From contig JAUQPH010000007.1 of the NCBI GenBank assembly GCA_030550455.1, positions 5,600 to 69,599 on the forward strand: a stretch of DNA of 64,000 nucleotides, in the 5' to 3' direction. Position 1 is the stretch's first letter. The number at the start of each line of letters is the position of its first letter. The DNA is from Thermoproteota archaeon. Lineage in GTDB: Archaea; Thermoproteota; Thermoprotei_A; Sulfolobales; NBVN01. The notes below the pieces were generated by a model. It was not told where the DNA came from. It did no database searches and was given only the letters and a program-made list of their open reading frames with translations. Position numbers and translations under genes: made by a program. Shown here piece by piece: positions 41,320 to 51,208 of this stretch.

Positions 41320-42063
41320 CTATACTGAGCCACTGTGGAGAATTCTAACTAGGCGTGCTAGATACTTTGAGTCTATGCCTAGACTGCTTAACTTCTTCAC
41401 AGTACTCGAGACGTCGTACTTGACTCTGCAGAGGCTGACCGCTAGAGAGTCTGTCTCGAGTACTGCGAAAGCAGCTCTCCGGTCACCATCTCTCGGTTGA
41501 CCGACGCTCCCAGGATTCAAGACTCTAGAAGCTCCAGCTTGAAAGTCTGCCTGAACGTGGGTATGACCGGTAACAACTAACTCTGCGTCAACTGGGTTAG
41601 GTCTTACCGCGTAAACCGAGGGAGTTAGCGCCAGCATCAACTCGTACTGCGGTAGAGAAGGCTTGAGGTACCCAAAGAGCTTGTTCCTAGGAGACCCGTG
41701 GACGACGAAAGCCCTAGCAGCTCCAATTTCTACAACTCGGTGCGTAGGTAGAGACTTTAACCACTCCAGTTGCTCTCTACTCAAGAGCCTTAGAGAAATT
41801 CTCTGCCGTGTATACTCGCTTAAGTCGTGTAGCTCTGGAGCGCACCCGCAGTCCTTATCGTAGGCGACAGCGTAGTCGTGGTTACCTAAAACCACTAAAT
41901 CCGGCTTAAGAGCTCTAACTGTGTCTACTACTACATGAGGTTCGGGTCCGTAGTCAACTAAGTCCCCTAGAACCCACAGGTAATCCCACCTAGTGGCATG
42001 CTCTAGTACTGCCGTGAGGGCGTCGTAGTTACCGTGAATATCGGAAACTATCAATATCCTCAA
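41320..42063 (-). CDS. Metallophosphoesterase (YfcE/MJ0936-like)
   Basis: Motifs VSDIHGN, GDLVDYGP, GNHD and GHTH. Confidence 0.8.
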   Translation of the reverse strand: MRILIVSDIHGNYDALTAVLEHATRWDYLWVLGDLVDYGPEPHVVVDTVRALKPDLVVLGNHDYAVAYDKDCGCAPELHDLSEYTRQRISLRLLSREQLEWLKSLPTHRVVEIGAARAFVVHGSPRNKLFGYLKPSLPQYELMLALTPSVYAVRPNPVDAELVVTGHTHVQADFQAGASRVLNPGSVGQPRDGDRRAAFAVLETDSLAVSLCRVKYDVSSTVKKLSSLGIDSKYLARLVRILHSGSV

Positions 42064-42307
42064 GTTCTCCCCAGTTAATACGCTCGGTCTTCAGTTAAAT
42101 CTACTGGTTAAGCGACCTTCAAGAAATTACTGTTTTGAACACGATATCGCTACCTCACAGCTTTCGGAGCTTCGGAGGCGTCAGCGCCTGCGAACTTACT
42201 CGACTAGGAGTGGAAAGAATGTGAACCACTCTAGAACACGCAGAGACCCGGCACCACGTAGAGAACTGCTTCGAAGGGATTAACTCACTGCTGTGTTCTT
42301 TAAAGAT

Positions 42308-42386
42308 TGGTGCGGCGGCCGGGATTTGAACCCGGGATCTCCGGCGTGGCAGGCCGGCGTCCTAGACCAGGCTAGACGACCGCCGC
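42308..42386 (-). tRNA. tRNA-Gly(GCC), CCA encoded
   Basis: The reverse complement folds as a cloverleaf: acceptor GCGGCGG/CCGCCGC, anticodon arm CCGGC-CUGCCAC-GCCGG, T arm CCGGG-TTCAAAT-CCCGG, discriminator A, then CCA. Confidence 0.9.
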
Positions 42387-42412
42387 CATATCTTTTTTAG
42401 TGGTTTAGTATT

Positions 42413-43132
42413 TTAGCTTGTTTCCCCCAGTTCTCTGAGGACTTCTACGAGTTTTCGAAGGTCGTTTATGAGGTACGCTGATGCGCCCAGTCTTACTACA
42501 CCTATCGGGGAGTCTCGCTTGATTAAGACTGCTCTAGCTCCAGCTATTAGGGCACCCGCTAGGTCGTTCTCCGGAGAGTCTCCCACGTGGACTATCTCCC
42601 CAACTGACACCCCCAGCTTTCTAGCTACGTACTCGAAAACTTCTCTACTAGGTTTCTGAATACCTACTTCATCTGAGAACACCGTTAGGTCGAAGTACTT
42701 GAGTAACCCGTTCTTGTAGAGGAAGTACCTCGTGACCATCCCGGGCCAGAACATGACGTTTCCTAGCGCCACAGTAGCGTATCCACTAGCTCTAACGGCC
42801 TCTAGAGCTTCAGCTGCGTCTAGATACGCTAGCTCAGAGATCTCGGGCTCATCGACACTCATCGCTAGAGCTTGGAAGAGCTGCTCTACAGTTATCTTGA
42901 GCTCTCTAGAGAAGAACTCGGCCGACTCTATGACTACCCTACTAAAGCCCCCACCCAACCTAACCGCAAGAGCTTTTCTGTAAGTAGTTAGAATCAGCTC
43001 GAATACCTCTTCATACCTTTTACCGCAGAGGAGAGAGACCTTCCTCGATAGAATAGAGTAAAACTTAGTTAGATCTAGGAGAGTACCCCATATATCGAAA
43101 GACACCACCTTCAAGACTTCCACCAACAACAC
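42413..43132 (-). CDS. HAD-superfamily hydrolase
   Basis: Motif I SFDIWGTLL and motif IV GDSPENDLAGA. Confidence 0.75.
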   Translation of the reverse strand: MLLVEVLKVVSFDIWGTLLDLTKFYSILSRKVSLLCGKRYEEVFELILTTYRKALAVRLGGGFSRVVIESAEFFSRELKITVEQLFQALAMSVDEPEISELAYLDAAEALEAVRASGYATVALGNVMFWPGMVTRYFLYKNGLLKYFDLTVFSDEVGIQKPSREVFEYVARKLGVSVGEIVHVGDSPENDLAGALIAGARAVLIKRDSPIGVVRLGASAYLINDLRKLVEVLRELGETS

Positions 43133-43750
43133 TACTACCCAAAGAATAATACTAACTACTACAGCAGCTAGCGAGGAGACTCGCCTCGCAGTGGCCGTAC
43201 ACCCCGAACCCTATTAGCTCTTGAGTACACAGCTCGAGACCAGACGGTACTTGAGTGTGGTTCGAGCTACTCTACGAAGGTTGCTAAGCTCTCCCGCTCT
43301 GGAGTAGTCATGGAGTGTGGGGTAAGATTGGTAGCACTGGAAGCCCACCGAGCCACTGCGATAAAGGACACTTGGACGCAGTAGTCGAAGCTAAGAAGAA
43401 GGAAGTAGCAGTAGAGAAGCTTATTCAGGAACTCGAGCGAGTAGGCTATGAACTACGCAGACCTAAATGCTTTAAGAAGTGCTAGAGTATTTCCTCAGGA
43501 TTTAGTGGGAGAAAGTTCATCAGCTCTCCTCAATCTACTGTTAGACCTTCAGCTACTAGAGACTAGTTTGCTCTATATCTGTAAGGCTGTTTATCGAGAG
43601 TCTCCGCCTATGTCTCAAGTCGGAGGTCTCTCATTAAGGGATCGATGTAGAGTCTACACTCAGATCTCTATATAGATACCATTCAAAGTACGAAATATTC
43701 TTTCTAGCAAAATTCGCGGGTTTGAATAAGCACTCTACACAGACCAGTCC

Positions 43751-44161
43751 TTGTATGTTTCCCGTAGCTCTATAGTAAGACATATATGTTCTCGTAGTAA
43801 AGCCTTAGGGGTGCGTATGTCTAACCCTGAGGTTAGTGAAGAGGAGAGAATCTGGGGCTTTATAGCGTGGCTAATACCGCTAGTCGGTGGGGTACTAGTC
43901 TTAGTCCTAAAGCCTGGCTATAGGTTTGCGAAGCACTGGGCCCACCTATCTATATCCTTCTTTATAGCGATAGTGCTCCTAGGGGTAGTCTCAGCTGTTA
44001 TAGGGTTGATACCCTTCATAGGGTGGGTCATCTCTACACTACTGTGGATTGCTGTAGTAATAGTATGGATCGTAGGTATAGTGAAGTCTCTCGGCAAAGA
44101 GCTATGGAAACCCCCCGTAATATACGACCTAGCTAAGGTCCTAGGTATAGAGAGGATCTGA
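43751..44161 (+). CDS. Small membrane protein (DUF4870-like)
   Basis: EEERIWGFIAWLIPLVGGVLVLVL followed by two more TM helices. The likely true start is the ATG at 43817. Confidence 0.5.
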   Translation: MYVSRSSIVRHICSRSKALGVRMSNPEVSEEERIWGFIAWLIPLVGGVLVLVLKPGYRFAKHWAHLSISFFIAIVLLGVVSAVIGLIPFIGWVISTLLWIAVVIVWIVGIVKSLGKELWKPPVIYDLAKVLGIERI

Positions 44162-44652
44162 GCAGGAGTACCGCAAGAAGTTTTTCTCCTCAAATAACCC
44201 GCAGGCTTGTTAGTGCGTAGAGCTATAGCTACTTACTGAGTAAACCATGTGAAGAACTCGGTCCTCAAGCTAGTTCATCATGCGGATTTAATGTGTTGAT
44301 CGAACATCCCTGATCTAAACGGGATGTTCTATCATTGTGACCAGAAGCGTTTATACTGGAAGCTTTCGTGTTCTCCGGGCTTAATGATTTTAGTGTGCTT
44401 GGTTCGTATTATTTTGAAGTTGTTTAAGGTTAATCGTGGGTTTCATCGACGTGGAAAGGCTCTTTACGGGTTTGTGTTGCCGAGTTCTACTTCTTCATGG
44501 AGTGTGATATCTAGGAGTATTCCATGTGATGGTTAATGCATACGAAGGGTTGCTATCAGGTTTAACTCTGTATAGACATGTACTTAGATGCTCTTGGTGT
44601 TTACCCAGTTTAGAACAGAGTAGTTATTACCCTCTTCTACTAATTAACTACT

Positions 44653-45612
44653 GTGCATGGTGCATTAATAGTGTTTCCTCGGAACTCTTCCGTATGGATG
44701 TTTGTGCTTGCTCTCGTATTATCAACTGTACTCACGGTAGCTCTATTCTACACTACTTTTGAAGTACCAGTACTTTTGGATAAGGTGCTTCACCAGTACT
44801 TCCCCGAAGTATTCTACGATGTGGAAGCTGTAGAAAGTGTTCTCAGCGTTCTGAGACCCGTTGGCTACGCGACATTAGCAATAATCACTGCTTTAATAAT
44901 ACTGGGTTTTACGATTAAGAAGAGTATTCTAGCTTCTCTAGGTTCTTTAGTCCTCTATATCCCTACGTTTGGTTATTTTGCGTACGCTATGTTCTTTCTA
45001 ACGGGTCTAGGGGTCTTAAGAGCTCTCTGGCTACCACTCCTTGAGCTCTCTCCTTCGACTTTAAAGCTGGGGTGTGTAGTGTATCTACCCTTCTCGTATG
45101 TTCCACACGCACCTCTCGTAGGGCTGGTTATTACGTTTATCGGTCTCTTCGTGTTTCTGCTGGGTGTAACTACGTGGCTCTATGGAAGATTTAAAGGATA
45201 CGAAATCGTAGACTTCTGGGTTTACAGACATAGTAGGCACCCCCAGTACCTTGGATTCATACTTTGGAGCTACGGTCTACTAATATTCGTAAGCAACAAG
45301 GTCTACGTGAGAGGAGCATTTACAACACCACCAGCACTCATATGGCTTACATCATCAATGCTCGTAATAGGAATAGCTCTATTCGAAGAGCTTGAGATGA
45401 GAAAAAGATATGGGGTAAGATATGAGGAGTACTGTAAGAAAACTCCGTTTATGGTCCCCCTGCCAGGAATACTAACTAGAGCTATAAAAACACCCCTGAG
45501 GTTCGCAGGTGGATATCTAAGAAGTATGAGAGGAATAGCTCTTGCGATAACCCTATACGCAGCTATACTCATCGCAATCTCCTACGTTCTCATGTTGATG
45601 TCACTGTGTTAG
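44653..45612 (+). CDS. Isoprenylcysteine carboxyl / phospholipid methyltransferase-family membrane protein
   Basis: 319 aa polytopic protein with YRHSRHPQYLGF...EELEMRKRYGVRYEEY. Confidence 0.65.
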   Translation: MHGALIVFPRNSSVWMFVLALVLSTVLTVALFYTTFEVPVLLDKVLHQYFPEVFYDVEAVESVLSVLRPVGYATLAIITALIILGFTIKKSILASLGSLVLYIPTFGYFAYAMFFLTGLGVLRALWLPLLELSPSTLKLGCVVYLPFSYVPHAPLVGLVITFIGLFVFLLGVTTWLYGRFKGYEIVDFWVYRHSRHPQYLGFILWSYGLLIFVSNKVYVRGAFTTPPALIWLTSSMLVIGIALFEELEMRKRYGVRYEEYCKKTPFMVPLPGILTRAIKTPLRFAGGYLRSMRGIALAITLYAAILIAISYVLMLMSLC

Positions 45613-45890
45613 TACTAAATCATTCGAAAGAGTCATACTAGGAGGCAACAAAAGTACATTGGTAATCCTATATCTCCTCGTAGCAACATCTATTTGCCTA
45701 CGTCGACCGCTTAGATTAACTAGTCTTCATAAGAAACTCAACGGTACTTCATGGAGTTACCTTAATAGCGCCGATTTCTCACAGTATCTTAATTCTAGTT
45801 TTTATTAAGAGGTTGAAAGTTGTGTAAACGTAGGCCGAAGAACAGGGGTATTAATGTGCTGAAGCGAATGCGTATGTTTTATTGAGTTAT

Positions 45891-46167
45891 GGGGTTCAGC
45901 TCTGATATAGGTTTATATCGGTTGGTTTCATCGCCTCACCTCTGTTCCCCCGCATAGGTCTTGAGTTTGCACCACCCTTGGGGGCGTTCAGGGCGACTCC
46001 TAGCACCCCACATCTTAGATGTCTCGGGGGAGCCGCCATCCACAGCACTACAGCGGCTCTCGATCCCTCATCGAAGTACCTCTACATACATCGCTGTATA
46101 AGGTGTCTATAAGCGTTTCTATTAATACCAACCAAACAGATATGAGAAACGAAACAGCTTCACAAGG
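45891..46167 (+). repeat. Dispersed repeat family, copy 3 (subfamily A)
   Basis: Starts GGGGTTCAGCTCTGAT and ends GAAACAGCTTCACAAGG. Near-identical to the reverse complement of 16680-16953. Confidence 0.85.
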
Positions 46168-46362
46168 CATACGTGTTTACTAAGAATATGAACAGGCGCT
46201 GAGGGCTGGGTCGAACCCTTTGCTTTTTCCGTACGGGGCTTTCTCTGCTTTACGTTTGCGGCTCTTACTACGTGTTTACTGCTTGACGCTCTCGAGCTGT
46301 TGGTATACAGCACGTAGCTTAGCTTAAAGACTTGCGTTGTATTCTTACTTGGGTAGTGATTA

Positions 46363-46776
46363 TTGCTTGACGAGAGTGAGTTCGTGAGGTGGATTAAGAG
46401 TGCGTTAAGAACTCTTGAGTCTGCTAGAGTTGACCACGCTCACGGGTTTTATAGCTGGGCGTGCTTTAAGGCGCACCAAGCGGCTGAGAAAGCGCTTAAA
46501 GCACTGTTGTGGGGGTTGGGGAGTCCGCGCGTAGGTCATTCACTACTGGTCCTCCTCTCAGAGTTAGGTAACTTGTTGGGTGAGATACCTGAGGGCGTTA
46601 GAGAGTCCTGCGTGAGGTTGAATAAGCACTATATACCGACGAGGTACCCGGACGTCTGGAGTGAGGGCATACCTGAGGAACAGTACTCAGAGAAGGAGTC
46701 TTTAGAAGCTATAACTATGGCTGAAGAGGTAGTAAAGTGGGTGGAAGATACTTGGAAGTCATTGAGGAGAGAGTAA
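46363..46776 (+). CDS. HEPN-domain protein (toxin of a HEPN-MNT pair)
   Basis: 137 aa with WACFKAHQAAEKALKAL, RVGHSL (R-x4-H) and IPTRYP. Confidence 0.8.
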   Translation: MLDESEFVRWIKSALRTLESARVDHAHGFYSWACFKAHQAAEKALKALLWGLGSPRVGHSLLVLLSELGNLLGEIPEGVRESCVRLNKHYIPTRYPDVWSEGIPEEQYSEKESLEAITMAEEVVKWVEDTWKSLRRE

Positions 46777-47138
46777 GGAAGCGTGACTTATACGTTAAGA
46801 AGGCTCAAGAGTTTGCTGAATGCGCAGTACGCAAACTGAGAGACTCGGCAGTACTGATTTACGGCAGTGTGTCGAGAGGAGACTTCAACGAGTGGAGCGA
46901 TATAGACGTTCTCATAGTAACGCGAGAAGCGATCCCCCAGAGACCAACCGAGAGACTCGATGTACTGTACGACTGTACGAAGGAAAACCCATTAGTAGAG
47001 CCAGTAGTAATAACTCTCGATGAACTATGCAAGCTCCTCGCAAAGAAGAACCCGCTAGTAGTTGAGGCGCTGAGAAAAGGGATAGTTTTGATAGATAGAC
47101 TAGGTTTAAGAGACCTAATTAGCACTCTAAACCGCTAA
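46737..47138 (+). CDS. Minimal nucleotidyltransferase (MNT, antitoxin partner)
   Basis: 133 aa with YGSVSRGDFNEWSDIDVLIV (GS-x-RGD ... D-x-D). Overlaps the HEPN gene by 40 nt. Confidence 0.8.
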   Translation: MGGRYLEVIEERVRKRDLYVKKAQEFAECAVRKLRDSAVLIYGSVSRGDFNEWSDIDVLIVTREAIPQRPTERLDVLYDCTKENPLVEPVVITLDELCKLLAKKNPLVVEALRKGIVLIDRLGLRDLISTLNR

Positions 47139-47382
47139 CACTATAATGCGTGCATCAAGAGGCTAAATACGGTATTGCTGGAAGTAGGTCACACGCTTTC
47201 AACATAGTGATAGAGAAGGGCTTAACTGAGGTCACTAGGGAGGTTGAGTACTGGGATAGCATCTACAGAAGGATAGAGGAGCTAGAGAAGCAAGGATACA
47301 AACTAGGACATGGTGGCTTAAACTAGGTCCCTAATAGAGGAGAGAGCAAGGTAGACCTAACGTTATGTTATTGATTAGATAA

Positions 47383-47756
47383 TACACATAGACACCAACT
47401 TAATTGTATCTATATTGATGAAGCTGTTCCCGATTACGAGAAAGCTGTTGAGCTAGTTAAAGCAGTAAAAGATAGGAAAGCCGTATCCAGGTTAACACTT
47501 GTAGAACTAGCATCTGTTTTCTTGAGAGCTGGACTAGAAGAACCCCAGCTCCGGCGCTCTACTCTATAGAAGCATTAAAACGGATAGAGTTCAAGGAGCT
47601 TTTGAACCAAACAGTAAAATACGCACTACTCTAAGGCTTAGAACACCACCTCCTCTACACCTAGCAGCAAGCTTACTAGCCGAATGCGGAAAGTTCGCTA
47701 CAATAGATACAAATATAATCAAGGAATCCGACATCATCTTAAAACACTATTCATAG
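47383..47756 (+). pseudogene. Decayed PIN-domain (VapC-like) gene
   Basis: PIN-like pieces lie in different frames: IHIDTNLIVSIL, then ...SRLTLVELASVFLRAGLEEP (stop), then PLHLAAASLLAECGKFATIDTNIIKE. A ~60-codon ORF at about 47150-47332 could be its antitoxin. Confidence 0.5.
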
Positions 47757-47913
47757 AGGTACTAACACCAAAGGCTTAACTCTATAAACACTAACTATGT
47801 TTAAACTACAGCAACATCTAGTAATAGGCTTTAAGCATTTGCGTTATTCGCTTATCAAGAATAGATTATTATCAGGCTATAGTTTTTCTTCCTCACTTCT
47901 TGAAGGAGACTTG

Positions 47914-48393
47914 TTAAGTGATGTAGCTAGAGTTTAATCCTTCTTCTAGTGCTACTTGGTGGAGCTTCTTATCTGCGACTAGGAATTCGCCTGCGTTTAT
48001 TGATTTTGCTGAGGCTATCTGTAGAGCATCTGCTTGGTATATGTGGTGTTTCTCGATGATTTTCCAGGCTATTCTAAGCGTAGATAATTTAACTGGTACA
48101 GTAACCAGGTACCCAAGCTTAGTAAGCCTTAGAGTTTCACTTAAGAATCGTTTCTTAACCACTTGGTAGTCCTCAGCTGTAATGATCTCTCTTGTCCTCG
48201 ACTTATCCAGAACTCCGAGTACTTCACCGATATTCCAGAGACTGAAAGATATCTTGATTAAGCCATTGTATGCCTGCACGTATAGCTGTCGTATATATTC
48301 GCTACCGGGTTCTTCGATATACCTCTTAACAATGACGCTACTGTCCAAGTAAACGACTTTCTCTCTCATTCCGCATCTCTCTAACAAGTTCAC
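47914..48393 (-). CDS. vapC: PIN-domain ribonuclease VapC
   Basis: 159 aa with N-terminal VVYLDSSVIVKRY and later YQADALQIASA. Confidence 0.75.
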   Translation of the reverse strand: MNLLERCGMREKVVYLDSSVIVKRYIEEPGSEYIRQLYVQAYNGLIKISFSLWNIGEVLGVLDKSRTREIITAEDYQVVKKRFLSETLRLTKLGYLVTVPVKLSTLRIAWKIIEKHHIYQADALQIASAKSINAGEFLVADKKLHQVALEEGLNSSYIT

Positions 48394-48619
48394 TAACGGG
48401 GGCCTTCGCCTTAACAGGTTTGAAATTCAATTCCGTATCTAACTCATTAACGAGCTCTCTAATCACGGCCTCTAGATCCACCATAAGCTCTTCTCTAAGA
48501 AGACCTTCTAGAGCTTCACTAAGCTCTTGATCCCTTGAAGAAGCAATCTTTTTGAACTCCTTCCAGAGATCCTCATCAACATAAATACTAGTCTTAACCT
48601 TACCCATTCCGATTCCCAT
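48338..48619 (-). CDS. vapB: VapB-like antitoxin (ribbon-helix-helix type)
   Basis: 93 aa with KVKTSIYVDEDLWKEFKKIA, upstream of and overlapping vapC. The start may be the internal ATG a few codons downstream. Confidence 0.55.
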   Translation of the reverse strand: MGIGMGKVKTSIYVDEDLWKEFKKIASSRDQELSEALEGLLREELMVDLEAVIRELVNELDTELNFKPVKAKAPVSELVREMRNERESRLLGQ

Positions 48620-49221
48620 ACCTAGATATACTAATATCGGTATATAAGTCTAGATGTTACAACCTCTATACTAACTTACTTTCCTATCCATCAAGCCATT
48701 CACACTAAACCTCATATAGATCGACTAACCGACAACATACTTAACTGCCAGAAATCCGCATAATCAGCTCATCAACATAGCACATCTCCCACCGGCACTC
48801 TCTTGACCTCTACAAGAAGAAGTACGCAACGCTCGAGTGGAACCTCAAGTACGTTGATAAAGTAGGAGACCTTATCAGCAGAGAAAAATATGAAGCCTTG
48901 AAAAGAAATTGCAAGACCTCAGAAAACAAGAAAAGTTTATTGATATGCTTAGTCTTGAGTAAAACCTTGGTAGTCTGTGATGAGAAGAAAAGTCCCAACG
49001 GTAAGATAGTCAAAGTTTGTGTTAAAATCCTTGAGGACTTGATGAAAAGAGCTGTGGTTTCAGAAGATTTCTTCGGGGGTCCTGTGGAAAACTTCGAAAG
49101 AACTTATTCAAGAACTTACCAAGATTGGAGTGAGGAGAAGTGCCTATCGTAGTTTGTGAGTTAGCTTTCATATTGTGCGCCGGAAGATTCACCTTAACTT
49201 CTATTGTATAGTTTCTAGGAT

Positions 49222-49488
49222 TCATGCGACAGCTCTCCATGAAGGTGGCTTAGTAGTGCTTCGATAGCTCTGGGTGTTAGCATTCTCGAGCCTCCTAGAG
49301 CTCTTAATCTTCCTTTCCATGCTTAAATGATGACGTATACAGTCAACGACTTGAATACTCTGGATAGACCGTAGATTAGCGATGTGGTAGCTTCTCAAGG
49401 CATGTATGACTCCATGGAACAGGTCTAACCCAAAGGCAACCAATGCCGGTGGACAGAATTCCGTAGAGTATGGAGTAGAGTATGTCAA
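49222..49488 (-). pseudogene. C-terminal fragment of a tyrosine recombinase
   Basis: ...HALRSYHIANL...VVDCIRHHLS...NTQSY fits the box II pattern H-x-L-R...A..L...(G)H...Y. No N-terminal part continues in frame. Confidence 0.35.
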
Positions 49489-49706
49489 TTGAGGAGTTTA
49501 TTACGTACTCCTTTCCACGATTCCTTGCCTTACTGATGTTTGTTGTTGCGATATAGACGACATTGGATAGAGCTTAAGTACCTAGCTTGAGGCCGTCCTA
49601 ACGGTCGGCACTCACCCATGCGATAGCTCTAGAGTTGTTATCTGTGGGTATTGTTACTCACTGTATTTATTAGGTAGTGTGGGTTGGAACTTATTGGTAG
49701 TCTGAA

Positions 49707-49970
49707 ATGCCCGAAAGTCTGACAGTACGTGTTGGTCGGAAGAGGACTATAGTTATTCCGAAGAAGGTTGCTGATGCGTTGGGTATCGATGAGGGGAGTA
49801 GAGTTGTGCTTGTCGTTAGAGATAACAAGCTGGAGGTTATACCATTACCGGATGCTATAACTCTCTCGCTTAAGGGTAAGAAGGTTGCGAGAGTAACTCT
49901 GAAAGAACTTGAGGAGGAGAGCATACGTGAGCAGAAGAAGTATATTGCGGAAACCGAGAGTACTAGTTGA
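49707..49970 (+). CDS. vapB: AbrB/SpoVT-type antitoxin VapB
   Basis: 87 aa with VGRKRTIVIPKKVADALGIDEGSRVVLV. Confidence 0.75.
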   Translation: MPESLTVRVGRKRTIVIPKKVADALGIDEGSRVVLVVRDNKLEVIPLPDAITLSLKGKKVARVTLKELEEESIREQKKYIAETESTS

Positions 49971-50388
49971 TACAACATTCCTCTTACCAGCTCTAGGCGT
50001 AGAGATCGAGGAAGACGCTTTAAAAGCTATAGCTCTGTTTAGAAAGCTAGAGATCTACTACTTAGAAGTCGGAATCCTAGAGGCAGTGTGGAAAGTACTC
50101 AAAGCTATACCACTAGAACATCTCGAAGTTGTCAAAGTGGGTCTAGACTCTATAAGAAACACGTACAACACACTAGACATACCCGTAGAAGCATACATAG
50201 AGGCCTACAGAATCTATAACGAGGGCCATAAAGACTACATAGACGCTCTATACTACTCTACAGCTAAGACAACCGATACTCCATGGCTAACAATAGACGA
50301 AGAGTTCATCGAGTTCCTGAAACAACACAACTACAAGATAGAGGGGATTATATACACACCAGAAGACCTTAAGTCAATCATACGATAA
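49909..50388 (+). CDS. vapC: PIN-domain ribonuclease VapC
   Basis: RVLVDTTFLLPALG near the N-terminus. The true start is probably the in-frame GTG at 49927 or TTG at 49945. Confidence 0.7.
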   Translation: MRRRAYVSRRSILRKPRVLVDTTFLLPALGVEIEEDALKAIALFRKLEIYYLEVGILEAVWKVLKAIPLEHLEVVKVGLDSIRNTYNTLDIPVEAYIEAYRIYNEGHKDYIDALYYSTAKTTDTPWLTIDEEFIEFLKQHNYKIEGIIYTPEDLKSIIR

Positions 50389-50498
50389 GAGGCTTTTCAA
50401 GTTAGTTAAAAACACACTCACGTACTCAAATAACATTAAAGTCGGGCTCGGCGATACTAGTCGGAAAGTCAACGTAGAAACAAGGTCTCAAACATCTA

Positions 50499-50757
50499 GG
50501 GGTTCAGCTCTGATGTAGGTTTATATTGGTTGATTTCATCGCCTCATCTCTTTTCCCCGCATTCCGCTCGGGTTTTCATCAGGCTTAGGGGCGTTCAGGG
50601 CGACCCCGGGCACCCCACATCTTGAGTAACTCAGAGAGAGCTCGCTTCATAGGGCTCTCGACCCCTCATCGAACTATTTCCCGTACCACTACGTAGAGTA
50701 CTTATAAGCGCTTCCATATACATCAACTAAAGAGATACCAGCGTAAAATACGCATAC
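50499..50757 (+). repeat. Dispersed repeat family, copy 4 (subfamily A, 3' part more diverged)
   Basis: GGGGTTCAGCTCTGATGTAGGTTTATATTGGTTGATTTCATCGCCTCATCTC... aligns with copies 1 and 3. Confidence 0.8.
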
Positions 50758-51208
50758 GAACTATAGTTAAGCATGATTAAGTCATTAGAGCAGAGCCTTA
50801 GATACATTAATATTGATAATCCATGCAAGTGCTCTACTGTAGTCGGGTTGAACCGTGTGTGGTTTCAGGGGTGTTGTGATAATATCCATGTACTTCGGTG
50901 GGTTTACGCGTAGGTTCGAAATAGGTACTCAGTGGAAGCGAGATTAACTATTGTTTAAACCTGTGGACAGCACTCAACTCGACTTTGATGTTGGGTAATT
51001 GATTGTTTCTCGAGAATCCTTGGAGGTAGAATTGGGGAAACCAGGTTGAGTAACTTGGAGTGGTTTAATGCTTAGTTTCATCACATTAAAACATGACGTG
51101 TTGACTGAGAACACTTGTTCAATTAGGGTTCAATCCGAGATCGTTGTTCCCGAGTTATCAGTGTAGGGTTAAAACTGTGGTATACATGGATACTATTGAA
51201 GTGGTAGT

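Noticed and set aside
44324-44762. ORFs 44324-44536 and 44526-44762 upstream of the methyltransferase-family gene
   Set aside because: Their translations are Cys/Leu/Ser-rich and implausible in a T-rich spacer. The second overlaps the better-supported 44653-45612 gene.
46820-47125. Alternative-frame ORFs (46820-47023 +, 46859-47125 -) within the MNT gene
   Set aside because: The MNT frame carries the GS-x-RGD...DxD signature. These two carry nothing recognisable.
49222-49488. Cas1-like reading of FGLDLFHGVIHA (resembling GLDP..GFLH)
   Set aside because: The downstream pattern HALR...A..L...H...Y fits tyrosine-recombinase box II better. No other Cas1 motifs or cas or CRISPR context are present.
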